NCBI RefSeq assembly: GCF_006345805.1
Contig: NC_042997.1
Span: 66,092,001 to 66,156,000 of the forward strand
Source of the DNA: Octopus sinensis
Lineage: Eukaryota
Length of the DNA stretch: 64,000 bases
Direction of reading: 5' to 3'
Made by a program: the position numbers and the translations under genes. Each line of letters opens with the position of its first letter. Positions within the stretch are counted from its first letter, which is position 1. The notes beneath the pieces are model-generated. The model ran no database searches and was not told the origin of the DNA. It saw nothing but the letters and a program-made list of their open reading frames with translations. This document shows positions 48,937 through 61,715 of the stretch, one piece after another.

Positions 48937-51900
48937 ATACGTGCATGCGGGTATGTAACAGACATTCCAAGATATATACTCTAATATTGATTTGTAACAT
49001 AGATACAGGACAGGTGAAATACAGTCAGTCATATAGACCCCAGTACTTGAACTCAGAATAAAAGAAGACATCTAAATTCTACATGATGTTTACTCAGTTT
49101 ATCTATCTACTGCTTGTGTCAATCCAATGTTTTACTCTTGGTCAAATTTGTACCATCTTTTAAAAAAACATCAGCTGAAAACAACTAAAAACTTTCTCAC
49201 CCTGAAAAAGACACTGGATTTGATAGTGTCCTTGCCAAGTCAAGTGATCAAGGATTGTAAAATTTGCAAAATAAAATAAAAGGAATGAATATTAGTTATA
49301 ATTTTTTTTTTTCTTTTTCTTTTTTCAACATTGACAAATTTTCATTCTGATGCTGATGATAAACACTGTCCACACACAAAGAAAGAAAGACATTTGCACT
49401 GAATTTAGCATAAAGCTAATACATATTAGAATATGCATAAACAGAAATTTTAATCAATTCCCTGTAGAGAAAAAAATCTATCAGAAAGCAGTTTGAAAAT
49501 GATTCCTTGGTTCAATATAACCAATCAATCACTCAGTAAAATTATTATTCCAGCAATCTCTACTGATCTTTGCCAATAGTTATTTGATTTGAATCTCACA
49601 TTTTTCAGGAAGGTGAATACAAAAATGATCAATCAGTAAGATAAGCTATTAAGATTTTTAATCTTATCAGGAATAACAAGGGTTGTTATAGTCAGTGTTT
49701 CATTCATGTTTCTGCAGCATCAGCATTTTTGAATAATGACCCATCTGAAACTTTCTTTGGTTATATTGTATAAAACTGCTTGCTTCAAAAAATTCATTTC
49801 CAATTAAAATTTTCCATTTTAATTTTATGGGAGAATCGTAAGTTAATTTATGCTCCATACATCAGCTTTATAATGAAAAGGTTATGTATTTTTCTAAATC
49901 CTGCTAAATTCTTCATTAGTTTCAGAGCAACTGAAATATATATTTGATGTATTTCATTCAAAATATTGCCATGAAAGGGTTAAGTAGAAGAGACAAAAGT
50001 TTCACTATAGACTAGAAACTATTTTATTTAAGGCCAGTAACTTTAAACAGAAGTCCAGGCTACCCATTTCTCCAACAGCTAGGGAGACTACTGTACATAT
50101 ACCCTTAACATTAATATTGCCTATAAAGAACTTCTCCACAATATTCATGTTAATAACAATGGAAATATCATCATAATATAGTGGCATATGTATTGTTAAT
50201 GATTGTACGAGCAATATAAACATGACCTGCATATGACACTACTCTCTCCTTAACATGAAAACTGCTAAGCTATATAAGCTAATACAAAAAAAGACAGTTT
50301 TTTATCAGAAGACATACTGAGCTTCTCATGCTACCTGAAGAAGGGAGTTTTTTTTTTATCCTGAAATATTGGAATATCAAAGCAGAATAGTAGACATTTC
50401 TACATCTGTTATTTATTGGTAACACCATATTTTATTCTGTTTTATTCCTCACTTGCATTGCAATAAGGTTTTATTAAAACTTACCATTTCGCTCACACAT
50501 TGCAATGCTACAAAAGAATAACACATGAATATGAATAATAACTCCATCAGGACTGACAAGGATTGTAATTTAAAATATGATAAAAAAAAAATACAAGTAA
50601 TTGTAGAACACCCAATAGTTGCCCTTTGAATGGCTGCTTCTTGAGATATACTGCCATTTACAGACTCACTGCACATAATGGACACCAAAATTTAACCAAA
50701 ATATATATTAAATCTTCCACTGAATTTAAGAGATATTATTTACCTCACCTTAGTTCATTTCGTTCTGCAAAATGTAAATCATCTACCACATTAACAAACT
50801 ATATACACACTGTCTCAAGGACAATAACATCTCTTGTAATGTTACTTGATTTATTATTAAAACTTGGAGGCCTTACAAAGATGGTCCCATTCTATGTGAT
50901 CTCTGAAGCAAAGAATCTATTGAAATATTAAGAGAGAATAGTGACCGTCTTCTGAAGTGATGAAAAACACAACTGCTTTTTGCTGACATTGATTTTTTTA
51001 AAAACATGCTTCCTTATTTGTATTAGATGATAGTTTACTTTTACTTCATTATAATAGATATTTACATTTCTTGGGCTTAAATCTTTAATTATACAACTTA
51101 CGATTATATAAAGTTATACTTACTGCATCTTATATATTTCTAACGTTATAATAATAATAATAATGAAATTATTGTATACAGTGCTCAGGTGCACCTTATT
51201 TTTCACGCATTTTTTATTTCCTTGACACTTTCTCCTTCATCATTTCTCTATGATATTCATCCCTACCATACATCCTTATAGTATGACTTATGATACGCCT
51301 AACTGTATTGCCATACTGGCATCTGAATAGCTGTTTATCAACTATAGATGTTCTTCCTATCTCTCTCATTTCTTGTCTTGCTTCATTTTTTTCTTTCATT
51401 TTTCATTCTTCTATATATTTTTCCCTTACTCTCTTGTTCATTTTTCCTAATATGAGCTTGCTTTTATTTCTAAACCTTTATCAAGTTGCCTATGTACCTA
51501 CCTTTTCTCCCTTTTTTTATGTAAGGTTTAATATATAGCATCTGCAAATACTAGAAATATGTTTCTTCAGATGAAAGGATCAAATTAATTTCATATTTAT
51601 ATGTTAACATCAATTTATTAGATACCTATGTGTGCATAATGTACATTATTGCATCAATTTGTCACTGAATCCCTGAAACGGCTGTAAAAGATTATCATGA
51701 ATTTTCTTCTGTCTTCTCAATTGTATTTTTGTTCATGTAATCTCTGAATATCTATATATTTGTGAAGGGTAACCATGGACTATCTTCATTCTTTCTGTTT
51801 AATTATATTTACTTTTGTCTAAATTATTTACAAATGATTTAATTCCATAAACAACTGCTTGACCATTTTATTTTTTTAAATTTATTTACTTATACATGTG

Positions 51901-52659
51901 TGTACATGCGTGTGTGTGTATGTGTGTAGGGTAATTGATAGGCAACACCCTATTTTAAAACACTTGTAAATTATTTATTAATTGTAATTTTTACATAAAA
52001 ATGGATATCAGAGAACAACTTTTAGTATGAGGTTTTATTTAAAATTCAATATTGGGTCCAGATGTTGCCACCAGCTTCTTGAGTCACCCAGGAATTATAA
52101 TTAATTACAATTGATAAATAATTTATAAGCATTTTAAAACAGGGAGTTACTTTTCAATCACCTTGTATATATCTCATGGGCTTCCTTCAGATTGCATCAA
52201 CCAAATTCACTCACACGACTATCATCATCCCTAGAGTATAACATAAGACACTTGCTTAAGGTCCACACAGTAGAACTGAACCCAAAAGCATGTCTTTGGG
52301 ATTTGATCTTCTTCACTACACATCTATATGGGTGTGCATGCACACACACACACTCACACACATTTATATATACAATAAAATATTATCATCGCTTTTGTAT
52401 TTTTAAAATCCAGTGTTCCATGCTCGAATGGGTCAGCAGGAATTTGTCAAGGGAGATTTTCTATGGCCAGATGCTCTTACAGTCACTAAACCTCACTTGT
52501 TTACTAGCAAGGTACTATTTCCCTGTAACTGTACATATTTTTACAGAAAACTACAAAAAAAAAAAAGGACAGCATTTGCATAACAATGACATTCATTTAA
52601 AACTATTACATTATGCTAAGGCAAGGTGTGTGTGTGGGGGGTGTATAGGTGCAGGCATG

Positions 52660-53120
52660 ACATAGGCACAGGCATGGCTGTGGGATAAGAAGCTTACTTC
52701 CCAACCACATGGTTCCAGGTTGAGTCCCATTGAGTGGCACCTTGAGCAAGCGTCTTCTACTAGAGCTTCGGGTTAACCAGAGCCTTGTGAGTTGATTTAG
52801 TTAACAGAAACTGAAAGAAGACTGTCATATCTTTGTGTCTGTGTCTGTTCCCCTTCACTGCTTGACAACTGGTGTTGGTGTGTTTATGTCACAGTAACTT
52901 AGCAGTTCAGCAAAATAAATCGATAGAATAAGTACTATGCTTAAAATAGTAAGTCCTGAGGCCGATTTGTTCAACTAAAACCCTTCAATGTGGTGCTCCA
53001 GCATGGCCACAGTAGGTATTTCTTTTATTCTTTTACTCTTTACTTGTTTCAGTCATTTGACTGCAGCCATGCTGGAGCACCGCCTTTAGTCGAACGAATG
53101 AACCCCCTGACTTATTCTTT
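52660..53120. mobile_element. SINE family A (+, 52660-53012) abutting an inverted tail fragment (-, 53020-53120)
   Basis: gctccagcatggccacagt followed about 40 bp later by actgcagccatgctggagc. Confidence 0.8.
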
Positions 53121-53165
53121 GTACTAAAATGAATTATTTTGCCTCCTACATACATATATATAAAA

Positions 53166-53235
<70 letters not shown>

Positions 53236-53389
53236 ATTTCATGATGGTCATTTCATTTTCTTTTTTTGCCAATAAAAAATAAATAAATAAAATGAGCAGC
53301 CAGGAATACAACACGATTTCACATCAGGAACCTTGCAAAACAAACTGATAAACATGTATATATATACATATATATAACATGTATATGTA

Positions 53390-53428
<39 letters not shown>

Positions 53429-53448
53429 TATATATATACACATATATA

Positions 53449-53589
53449 TTAGGTTGTCCCAAAAGTTCGTAAACACTTGCGAAAATTGAATTTTTACTCG
53501 CCAAGTACTAACAAAAACAACAAAAATTATTCCTCAAAATAAAGACCATTATTTTCCAAGACTTTCTACGAACTTTTGGGACAACCTTA
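53449..53589. mobile_element. mariner-type MITE (141 bp)
   Basis: TIRs ttaggttgtcccaaaagttcgta / tacgaacttttgggacaacctta, TA on both sides. Confidence 0.85.
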
Positions 53590-53599
53590 TATAATATGC

Positions 53600-53630
<31 letters not shown>

Positions 53631-54100
53631 ATATATATGCATATATATATATATATATATATAAAACATGTATATGTATGTGTGTGTGTGTGTGTGCATG
53701 TACACGTGTGTGTGTATGTATATATATTCTTATTAATATTTGACACAACAGAGTGAATCAAAGGCAGAGAGTTTCATGCGTTTGCACTTATCAAGCTAGT
53801 TACAAGTCAATAAGTGCCAATGCAGAAAACTCTTCATCCTTGAGTCACTCTGTTGCTTCTGCTAAATATTAATCAAAATATACATATACTAATATTTTGA
53901 GTTCCATTTTTCATGTATGCATCACCATACCTACACACACACACATATATATATATATTATGGAAAATAAGGGGATTTAGTTAATAGGTGATCTAAATGA
54001 TTAGGTACGCTAGGTAAGTGTTGTAACGGATTACTAGGGCTCCAAGGTTATAGCCGAGATGGTAGTTATGGAGTCATTGCAGATTTCCCATATAGTAGAT

Positions 54101-54314
54101 ATATAATTGTTAAAGAGGACAACAAACTTTAAGGCAAGGCAAATATCTTAAGTCATATACATTATTATTATTGGAAAAAAAATTCAAAGTCTTACAGCTG
54201 TTTCTGGGATATCCCAGAAACAGTCATATGACTTTGATTTTTTTTTTTTTTTTCAAATATGACTTGAGGTATTTGCCTTGCCTTAACGTTTATTGTCCTC
54301 TTTAACAATTATAT
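54101..54314. repeat. Near-perfect ~215-bp palindrome
   Basis: Arms 54101-54158 and 54257-54314 are reverse complements with a few mismatches; central perfect 26-bp palindrome ctgtttctgggat|atcccagaaacag (54198-54223). Confidence 0.9.
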
Positions 54315-55045
54315 ATATATATATATTATGGTGCAGATATGACTGTGTGGTTAATAAGTTCACTTATCAGACATGTGGTTTTAGGTCTAGTCCTACTGCA
54401 TGGCACCTTCAGCATCTACTACAGTAGAACTGGGCTGGCCAAAGCTTTGTCAGTTGATTTGATAGAAGGAAATTGAAAGAAACCCATCATGTAAATGAGT
54501 GTGTGTGTGAGACATAGACATTAAATGACACACACACATAGTGATAGCAATGAAACTCGGTAATGAATCAATGAATAGAAATATAGTTACTGTAACTACA
54601 ATATCAGTCTAAAGTATAGTCTAGCTTGTTCTAGAATGAATCCTGCTTGCATTAGTTGCTGTTAGTGACACATATTTAACTACACCACCAACACCTTGCC
54701 CCTGTACACATATATGCATAGACACATGCTGCTACATGCATGCACATAAGTACAAAAGAACCTGTAATAATATGTGAATACATATGACATAGCACATGAA
54801 CAAAGACCACATATGTACACAGCACAGTCACACATGCATATCACAAGTACACACACAAACAAAATAAATATAATTATGCACACACACATACACACAACAC
54901 ATAGTCACATATGTGCATGCTCACACATTCAATCATAAGACAGACATAGGAATATAAACACAAATGAAGAGAAGTACACAAAATCATAGATAATATATAC
55001 AGAGAATCCACATGCATCATATATATACATAACTACAGGGGCACA

Positions 55046-56473
55046 AATAACTACAGGGGCATCAAGCTGTTGGATCAGGTAATGAAGGTTACGGAGAGGG
55101 TTATAGCCCAGTTAATTAGAGAGAGAGTTAGCTTAGATGATATGCAGTTTGGGTTCGTGCCAGGGAAAAGTACTACTGATGCTATATTCCTGGTAAGACA
55201 GCTGCAGGAGAAATACCTAGCCAAAGGTAAGCCCTTGTACCTGGCTTTTGTTGACTTAGAGAAAGCCTTTGACAGGGTCCCCCGATCCCTTATCTGGTGG
55301 TCAATGAGGAAACTAGGGATAGATGAATGGTTAGTGAGAGCTGTGCGAGCCATGTACAGAGACGCAGCTAGTAAGGTGAGGGTTGGCAACGAGTACAGTG
55401 AAGAATTCCGGGTAGAGGTTGGGGTCCACCAAGGTTCAGTCCTCAGCCCCCTCCTATTTATCATAGTCCTCCAGGCAATAACGGAAGAATTTAAGACAGG
55501 ATGCCCCTGGGAGCTCCTATATGCTGATGACCTTGCTCTAATTGCTGAGTCACTATCAGAACTGGAGGAGAAGTTTCAGGTGTGGAAACAAGGATTAGAA
55601 TCGAAGGGCCTTAGAATCAACCTAGCCAAAACCAAAGTCCTAATAAGTAGGAAGGTGGACCAACCACAAACGACTTCAGGTAGATGGCCCTGCTCGATCT
55701 GTAAAAAAGGTGTAGGTAGAAACTCTATAAGGTGCACCAAGTGTAAGCTATGGACACATAAGAGGTGCAGCAATGTCAAAGGAAGGCTAACTAAGAAAAT
55801 AGTTTTTGTCTGTGGCAGATGCTCAAGAGAAATAAACACTGGAAATGTGCAGAGACCAACTTCTACCACGTTCCAGGGAGACAAACTAGAAGTAGTTGAT
55901 AGCTTCCGCTACCTAGGAGACCAAGTCAGTAGCGGGGGTGGGTGTGCTGAAAGTGTAACTGCTAGAGTAAGAATAGCCTGGGCAAAGTTTAGAGAGCTCT
56001 TACCCCTGCTGGGGACAAAAGGCCTCTCGCTAAGAGTAAAAAGCAGACTATATGATGCGTGTGTACGTACAGCCATGCTACATGGTAGTGAAACATGGGC
56101 CGTGACAGCTGAGGATATGCGTAAGTTTGCAAGAAATGAAGCCAGTATGCTCCGATGGATGTGTAATGTCAGTGTTCATAATCGTCAGAGTGTAAGTACT
56201 TTGAGAGAAAAGTTGAACCTAAGAAGTGTCAGTTGTGGTGTGCAAGAGAGACGGCTGCGCTGGTATGGTCATGTGACGAGAATGGCTGAAGATAGTTGTG
56301 TGCAAAAGTGCTACACCCTAGCAGTTGAGGGAACCTGTGGAAGAGGTAGACCCAGGAAAACCTGGGACGAGGTGGTGAAGCACGACCTTCGAACTTTAGG
56401 TCTCACCAAGGAAATGACTGAAGACCGAGTCCTATGGAAGTGTGCTGTGCATGAGAGGACCCGGCAGGACTAG
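55046..56473 (+). CDS. RTE LINE ORF fragment: reverse transcriptase with embedded PHD-like finger; APE domain absent by truncation
   Basis: NYRGIKLL, QFGF, FVDLEKAFDRV, GVHQGSVLSPLLF, LLYADDL, FRYLG, RRLRWYGHV.R, GRGRPRKTW motifs; uninterrupted frame with no true start codon. Confidence 0.95.
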   Translation, partial: NNYRGIKLLDQVMKVTERVIAQLIRERVSLDDMQFGFVPGKSTTDAIFLVRQLQEKYLAKGKPLYLAFVDLEKAFDRVPRSLIWWSMRKLGIDEWLVRAVRAMYRDAASKVRVGNEYSEEFRVEVGVHQGSVLSPLLFIIVLQAITEEFKTGCPWELLYADDLALIAESLSELEEKFQVWKQGLESKGLRINLAKTKVLISRKVDQPQTTSGRWPCSICKKGVGRNSIRCTKCKLWTHKRCSNVKGRLTKKIVFVCGRCSREINTGNVQRPTSTTFQGDKLEVVDSFRYLGDQVSSGGGCAESVTARVRIAWAKFRELLPLLGTKGLSLRVKSRLYDACVRTAMLHGSETWAVTAEDMRKFARNEASMLRWMCNVSVHNRQSVSTLREKLNLRSVSCGVQERRLRWYGHVTRMAEDSCVQKCYTLAVEGTCGRGRPRKTWDEVVKHDLRTLGLTKEMTEDRVLWKCAVHERTRQD

Positions 56474-58310
56474 TCAGGCCATATCCCGTGGCACCTACCT
56501 GGGACGTAGTCGATCCACCTGTGCATACCTTCCTTCTTGTGACACTTGTGAAGACCTGCTGAGGCAAGTGAAAATCAATCAAAATAGATGAACATCAATG
56601 GAATTTGTATCTTTGTGGTACCAGTGCCTGTGGCACACAAGAAAACCATCCGAACGTGGCCGTAGCCAGTACCGCATCGACTCGCCTCCGTGCTGTGGGA
56701 ACATGGTGGCACATAAAAACACCATCCAAAGACCCGGCAAGACTAGTCAGGTCATAACCCGTGGGCCCTACCTGGGACGTAGTCAGTCGACCTGTACATA
56801 CCTTCCTTCTTGCGACACTTGTGAAGACCTGTTGAGGCAAGTGAAAATCAAAACAAATCAAAATAGATGAACATCAATGGAATTTGTATCTTTGTGGTAC
56901 CAGTGCCGGTGGCACACAAGAATCCATCCGAACGTGGCCGTAGTCAGTACCGCTTGTGGTACCAGTGCCGGTGGCACACAAGAATCCATCCGAACGTGGC
57001 CGTAGTCAGTACCGCATCACTGGCCATCGTGCTGTGGGCACATAACAAACACCATCCGGTCGTGGCCGTTCGCCAGCCTCATCTAGCACCTGTGTCGGTG
57101 GCACATAAAAACACCATCCGAAGACCCGGCAAGACTAGTCAGGCCATAAACCATGGCCCCTACCTGGGTCGTAGTCAGTCCACCTGTGCATACCTTCCTC
57201 CTTGTGATACTTGTGAAGGCCTGTTGAGGCAAGTGAAAATCAAAATCAAAATCAAAATCAAAACAAATCAAAATAGATGAACATCAATGGAATTTGTATC
57301 TTTGTGGTACCAGTGCCGGTGGCACACAAGAGAAAACCATCCGAAAGTGGGCGTAGCCAGTACCGCATCGACTGGCCTCCGTGCTGTGGGCACATGACAA
57401 ACACCATCCGATCGTGGCCGTTCGCCAGCCTCATCTAGCACCTGTGTCGGTGGCACATAAAAACACCATCCGAAGACCCGGCAAGACTAGTCAGGCCATA
57501 ACCCATGGCCCCTACCTGGGACGTAGTCAGTCCACCTGTGCATACCTTCCTTCTTGTGACACTTGTGAAGACCTGTTGAGGCAAGTGAAAATCAAAATCA
57601 AAACAAATCAAAATAGATGAACATCAATGGAATCTGTATCTTTGTGGTACCAGTGCCGGTGGCACACACTTTGTGGTACCAGTGCCGGTGGCACACAAGA
57701 GAACCATCCGAACATGGCCGTAGCCAGTTCCGCATCGACCGGCCTCCGTGCTGTGGGCACGTAACAAACACCATCCGATCATGGCCGTTCGCCAGCCTCA
57801 TCTGGCACCTGTGTCGGTGGCACATAAAAACACCTTCCGAAGACCCGGCAAGACTAGTCAGTCCACCTGTGCATACCTTCCTTCTTGTGACACTTGTGAA
57901 GACTGGTTGAGGCAAGTGAAAATCAAATCAAATCAAATCAAATCAAAATAGACAAAATAGATGAACATCAATGGAATTTGTATCTTGTGGTACCAGTGCC
58001 TGTAGCACACAAGAAATCCATCAGTGCTGTAGTCAGTGCGGTGGGCACATGACAAACACCATCCGATCATGGCCGTTCGCCAGCCTCATCTAGCACCTGT
58101 GTCGGTGGCACATAAAAACACCATCCGAAGACCCGGCAAGACTAGTCAGGCCATAACCCATGGCCCCTACCTGGGACATAGTCAGTCCACCTGTGCATAC
58201 CTTCCTTCTTGTGACACTTGTGAAGACCTGTTGAGGCAAGTGAAAATCAAAACAAATCAAAATAGATGAACATCAATGGAATTTGTATCTTTGTGGTACC
58301 AGTGCCTATG
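56468..58310 (+). repeat. Tandem array of RTE 3'UTR units (about 273-392 bp)
   Basis: gactagtcag anchors at 56468, 56741, 57133, 57485, 57852 and 58140. Confidence 0.95.
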
Positions 58311-58702
58311 GGAATTTGCATGCAAAAAGCCTATTGATTTTAAAGAACCACTGCTCAGGCGCAATTATCAATTTTTTGTCAATGCCATATACTGACATCA
58401 ACTCACTGCCACAAGTTCGCTCACTCATCGGTTTTCATCAAAATCAGATGAAAAATGCAAGAGCTGCAGGAAAAACAACATCGTTATGGGAATTTCCATT
58501 CAAATGCCTGATTGAGCTCACAAAAATTAATGCCAACTAAGCATTATCAAGTTTTCAAAAAATTATGGCCTTGTTTGAACTTCAGAGCATGTGATCTACC
58601 TATGTGCCAAAAATCATTAAAATTGATTGGATGGTGCAGGAGGAGTTAGAGTAACCGCAAACACACACACAGACGACACCATTACACATTTATGTATATA
58701 GA
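58311..58702 (-). mobile_element. Probable Helitron 5' fragment (different family)
   Basis: Minus strand begins A|TCTATATACATAAATG..gtctgtgtgtgtgtttgcgg, the typical TC plus AT-rich plus microsatellite start; no 3' CTAG end found. Confidence 0.45.
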
Positions 58703-58844
58703 TGTAGACATATATATATATATGCATATATGTGTGTGTATATATGTGTGTGTGTGTGTATGTACATTATTGAAACAGATATGTACATACACACACATAT
58801 ATGTAAACTTGTGTGTGTATCATCATCATCATCATCGTTTAACG

Positions 58845-59485
58845 TAGCACAGAGATCGCCCAAAAGTGTATATAGATATATAAATGTATTTATATATTCA
58901 TCTATGCACACATGTATGTATAACGTGTGTGTATATATTTCCATAGAGGTAACCATTCACTCCATACAAAGTTTTTTAGCACGAAAATAAGATCTAAAGT
59001 TATCTCTAAGAAACAGAAAGATCGCCCAAAAGTGTATATAGATATTTAAATGTATTTATATATTCATCTATACACAGATGTATGTATAATGTGTGTGTAT
59101 ATATTTCCATACACGTAACCATTCACTCCGCACAAAGTTTTTTAGCATGAAAATAAGATCTAAAGTTATCTCTAAGTAGCACAGAGATCGCCCAAAAGTG
59201 TATATAGATATATAAATGTATTTATTTATTCATCTATGCACACATGTATGTATAACGTGTGTGTATATATTTCCATAGAGGTAACCATTCACTCCATACA
59301 AAGTTTTTTAGCACGAAAATAAGATCTAAAGTTATCTCTAAGAAACAGAAAGATCGCCCAAAAGTGTATATAGATATTTAAATGTATTTATATATTCATC
59401 TATATACACTTGTATGTATAATGTGCGTGTATATATTTCCATAGAGGTAACCATTCAATCCATACAAAGTTTTTTAGGACGAAAA
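58845..59485 (+). repeat. 166-bp tandem repeat x ~3.9 with alternating A/B variants
   Basis: gatcgcccaaaag at 58854, 59020, 59186 and 59352 (exact 166 spacing); preceding variants alternate tagcacaga / aaacagaaa. Confidence 0.95.
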
Positions 59486-60236
59486 TATTTATATATAAAA
59501 GAAAGGTTGTGTGTCTGTCTACTCCGATTTAGATTCCTAACTACTCCCACATTTTGCGATGCAGTTTAACCAAGTCGTGATTCATATCGAGCCCTTCTGG
59601 GTATTAGCGCGCGTCTACACGTCAAACTTCACACCAATATGCGTGCTCATATGCGACGTAATATCACATCAGCAGCATTTCCTCACACCCTCCTTGCACT
59701 TGGCGAAGGCAAAATACCAGGGGATGAAAATGGTAATATTGCCATTGATTCCATTTGTACCATTGTTAAGACGCCTTCTGATCTCAGAGATGCAGTGTTC
59801 CCAGATCTACAAGCTAATTATCAGAATATGGATTGGATTGGCAAAAAGGCTATACTGGCCCCGAGGAATAAAACTGTTCACCATATTAATGATGAAATGT
59901 TAAAACTCATTCCTGGGGAAGTCTATGTATATCAGTCTATCGATACAACTCCTGACCCAGAGGACGTCATCAACTATCCAATAGAGGTACTCAATTCCTT
60001 TGAGCACCCCGGACTACCACCACACTTTCTCAAACTTAAAGTTGGTGCCCCTATAATGCTCATCAGAAATTTGGTTCCCCCAAAACAATGCAATGGCACA
60101 CGTTTGATCGTTAAGTCCTTATCTCCCACCGTAAGCTTATATCAATATTTGCCTGAATAATCATCATAATTCAGTGCAATCATTAACAGTACTTTCAAGC
60201 AATTCAGCCCCGAGCAACGCCGGGCAATTCTGCTAG
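59486..60236 (+). mobile_element. Internally deleted Helitron carrying a Pif1 helicase fragment
   Basis: 5' ~140 bp matches the reverse complement of 38100-38240; 3' hairpin cccgagcaacgccggg then CTAG|T (60233-60236). Confidence 0.9.
59627..60160 (+). pseudogene. Helitron RepHel Pif1-family helicase fragment
   Basis: LHTNMRA..LLALGEG..AILAPRN..V..IN..YPIEVLNS..PGLPPHFLKLKVGAPIMLIRNL..CNGTRLIV is a diagnostic Pif1/Helitron helicase segment. Confidence 0.92.
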
Positions 60237-60270
<34 letters not shown>

Positions 60271-60288
60271 ATATATATATATATAAAT

Positions 60289-60319
<31 letters not shown>

Positions 60320-60550
60320 AATATATATATATATAAGAGATCCATAAGATATGTAGTAATTAAACAATTGTTTACAAATATGACTTCCAAAACCTTAGGT
60401 ACCCCTAACTACACCAGGAGACTATATTTGTAGATAACATTCAGCTCTGTTTACGATATTAGAGAACTCTTCTTTCATCCTTTCACTTCTGGCATCATAT
60501 GGAAACTTTCTATACTACCTGCATGTATGTGTGTGTGTGTGTGTGTGTAG

Positions 60551-60581
<31 letters not shown>

Positions 60582-60744
60582 GCAGATGAGCCCCAGAGAT
60601 TCTCAATATAGAAGACACTTAGTATTGCTCAAATGGTTTATACTTAGACTCCAACATCTTTATAGGGGATCAATTCCATGGGGTAAAGAATAGTTATAAG
60701 AGGGATTGAGTTGAGCAGATATGGAGGCAATCATGAGGATAATC

Positions 60745-61000
60745 ATCATCATCATCATCGTTTAACGTCTGCTTTCTATGCTGGCATGGGTTGGACGGAT
60801 TAACTGAGGTCTGGTAAGCCAGAAGGCTGCTCCAGGTTCCAATCTGATCTGGCAAAGTTTCTACAGCTGTATACCTTCCTAATGCAAACCACTCTCAGAG
60901 TGTAGTGGGTGCTTTTTACATGCCACCAGCACGAGGGCCAGTCAGGCAGTACTGGCATTGACCATGCTTGAATGGCACTTTTTACGTGCCACCAGCACAT
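60745..61000 (-). mobile_element. RTE 3' tail copy
   Basis: (CAT)n cgtttaacgtc..ctacagctg..accactc..gagtgtagtgggtgctttttacatgccacc. Confidence 0.8.
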
Positions 61001-61271
61001 CAGATATATGAAATATAACAGTTTGGGTATGAAATATAAAATATGTATACATGTATACATGAATGCAAAATGAGAGAGATCAAAAAGTGTTGTCTATATG
61101 TATATATCATATCATCATCATTGCTTAACATTCGCCTTCCATGCCGGCATGGGTTGGACAGTTTGACAGGAGCCAGCCAGATAGAAGACTACCCCAAGCT
61201 ACTGTGTCTATTTTGGCATGGTTTCTACTGTTGGATGACCTTTCTAGAACAGAATGGACTGAGTGCTTTAT

Positions 61272-61336
<65 letters not shown>

Positions 61337-61341
<5 letters not shown>

Positions 61342-61715
61342 TTTTACTTGTTTCAGTCATTTGACTGTGGCCATGCTGGAGCACTATCTTAAAGGGTTTT
61401 CTTAGTCAAAGAAATCGACCCCAGGACTTATTCTTTATAAGCCTAGTACTTATTCTATCTGTCCCTTTTGCTAAACCACTAAGTTATGGGGAGGTAAGCA
61501 TACAAACATCAGTTGTCAAGCAATGATGGTGGGGACAGACACAAAGATATATATATAAAATGGGCTTCTTCAGTTTCTTTCAACCGAATCCACTCACAAG
61601 TCTATGGTAGAAGGCTATAGTAGAAGACACTTGCCCAAAGTACCATGCAATGGGACTGAACCCAGAACCATGTGATTGGGAAGCAAACTTCTTACCCCAC
61701 AGTTACGTCTACACC
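61337..61715 (-). mobile_element. SINE family A
   Basis: ttcttttacttgtttcagtcatttgactgtggccatgctggagcac...gaagacacttgcccaa..gactgaacccagaaccatgtg..gggaagcaaacttcttac. Confidence 0.8.

Larger units (their letters stand above)
55029..58310 (+). mobile_element. 5'-truncated RTE-clade LINE with tandemly reiterated 3'UTR
   Basis: RT ORF followed by six UTR units; 15-bp duplication ataactacaggggca at the 5' junction (55029-55043 and 55047-55061). Confidence 0.92.

Noticed and set aside
56468-59485. CRISPR-like arrays
   Set aside because: Units are 166-390 bp full tandem repeats without unique spacers; eukaryotic context with no cas genes
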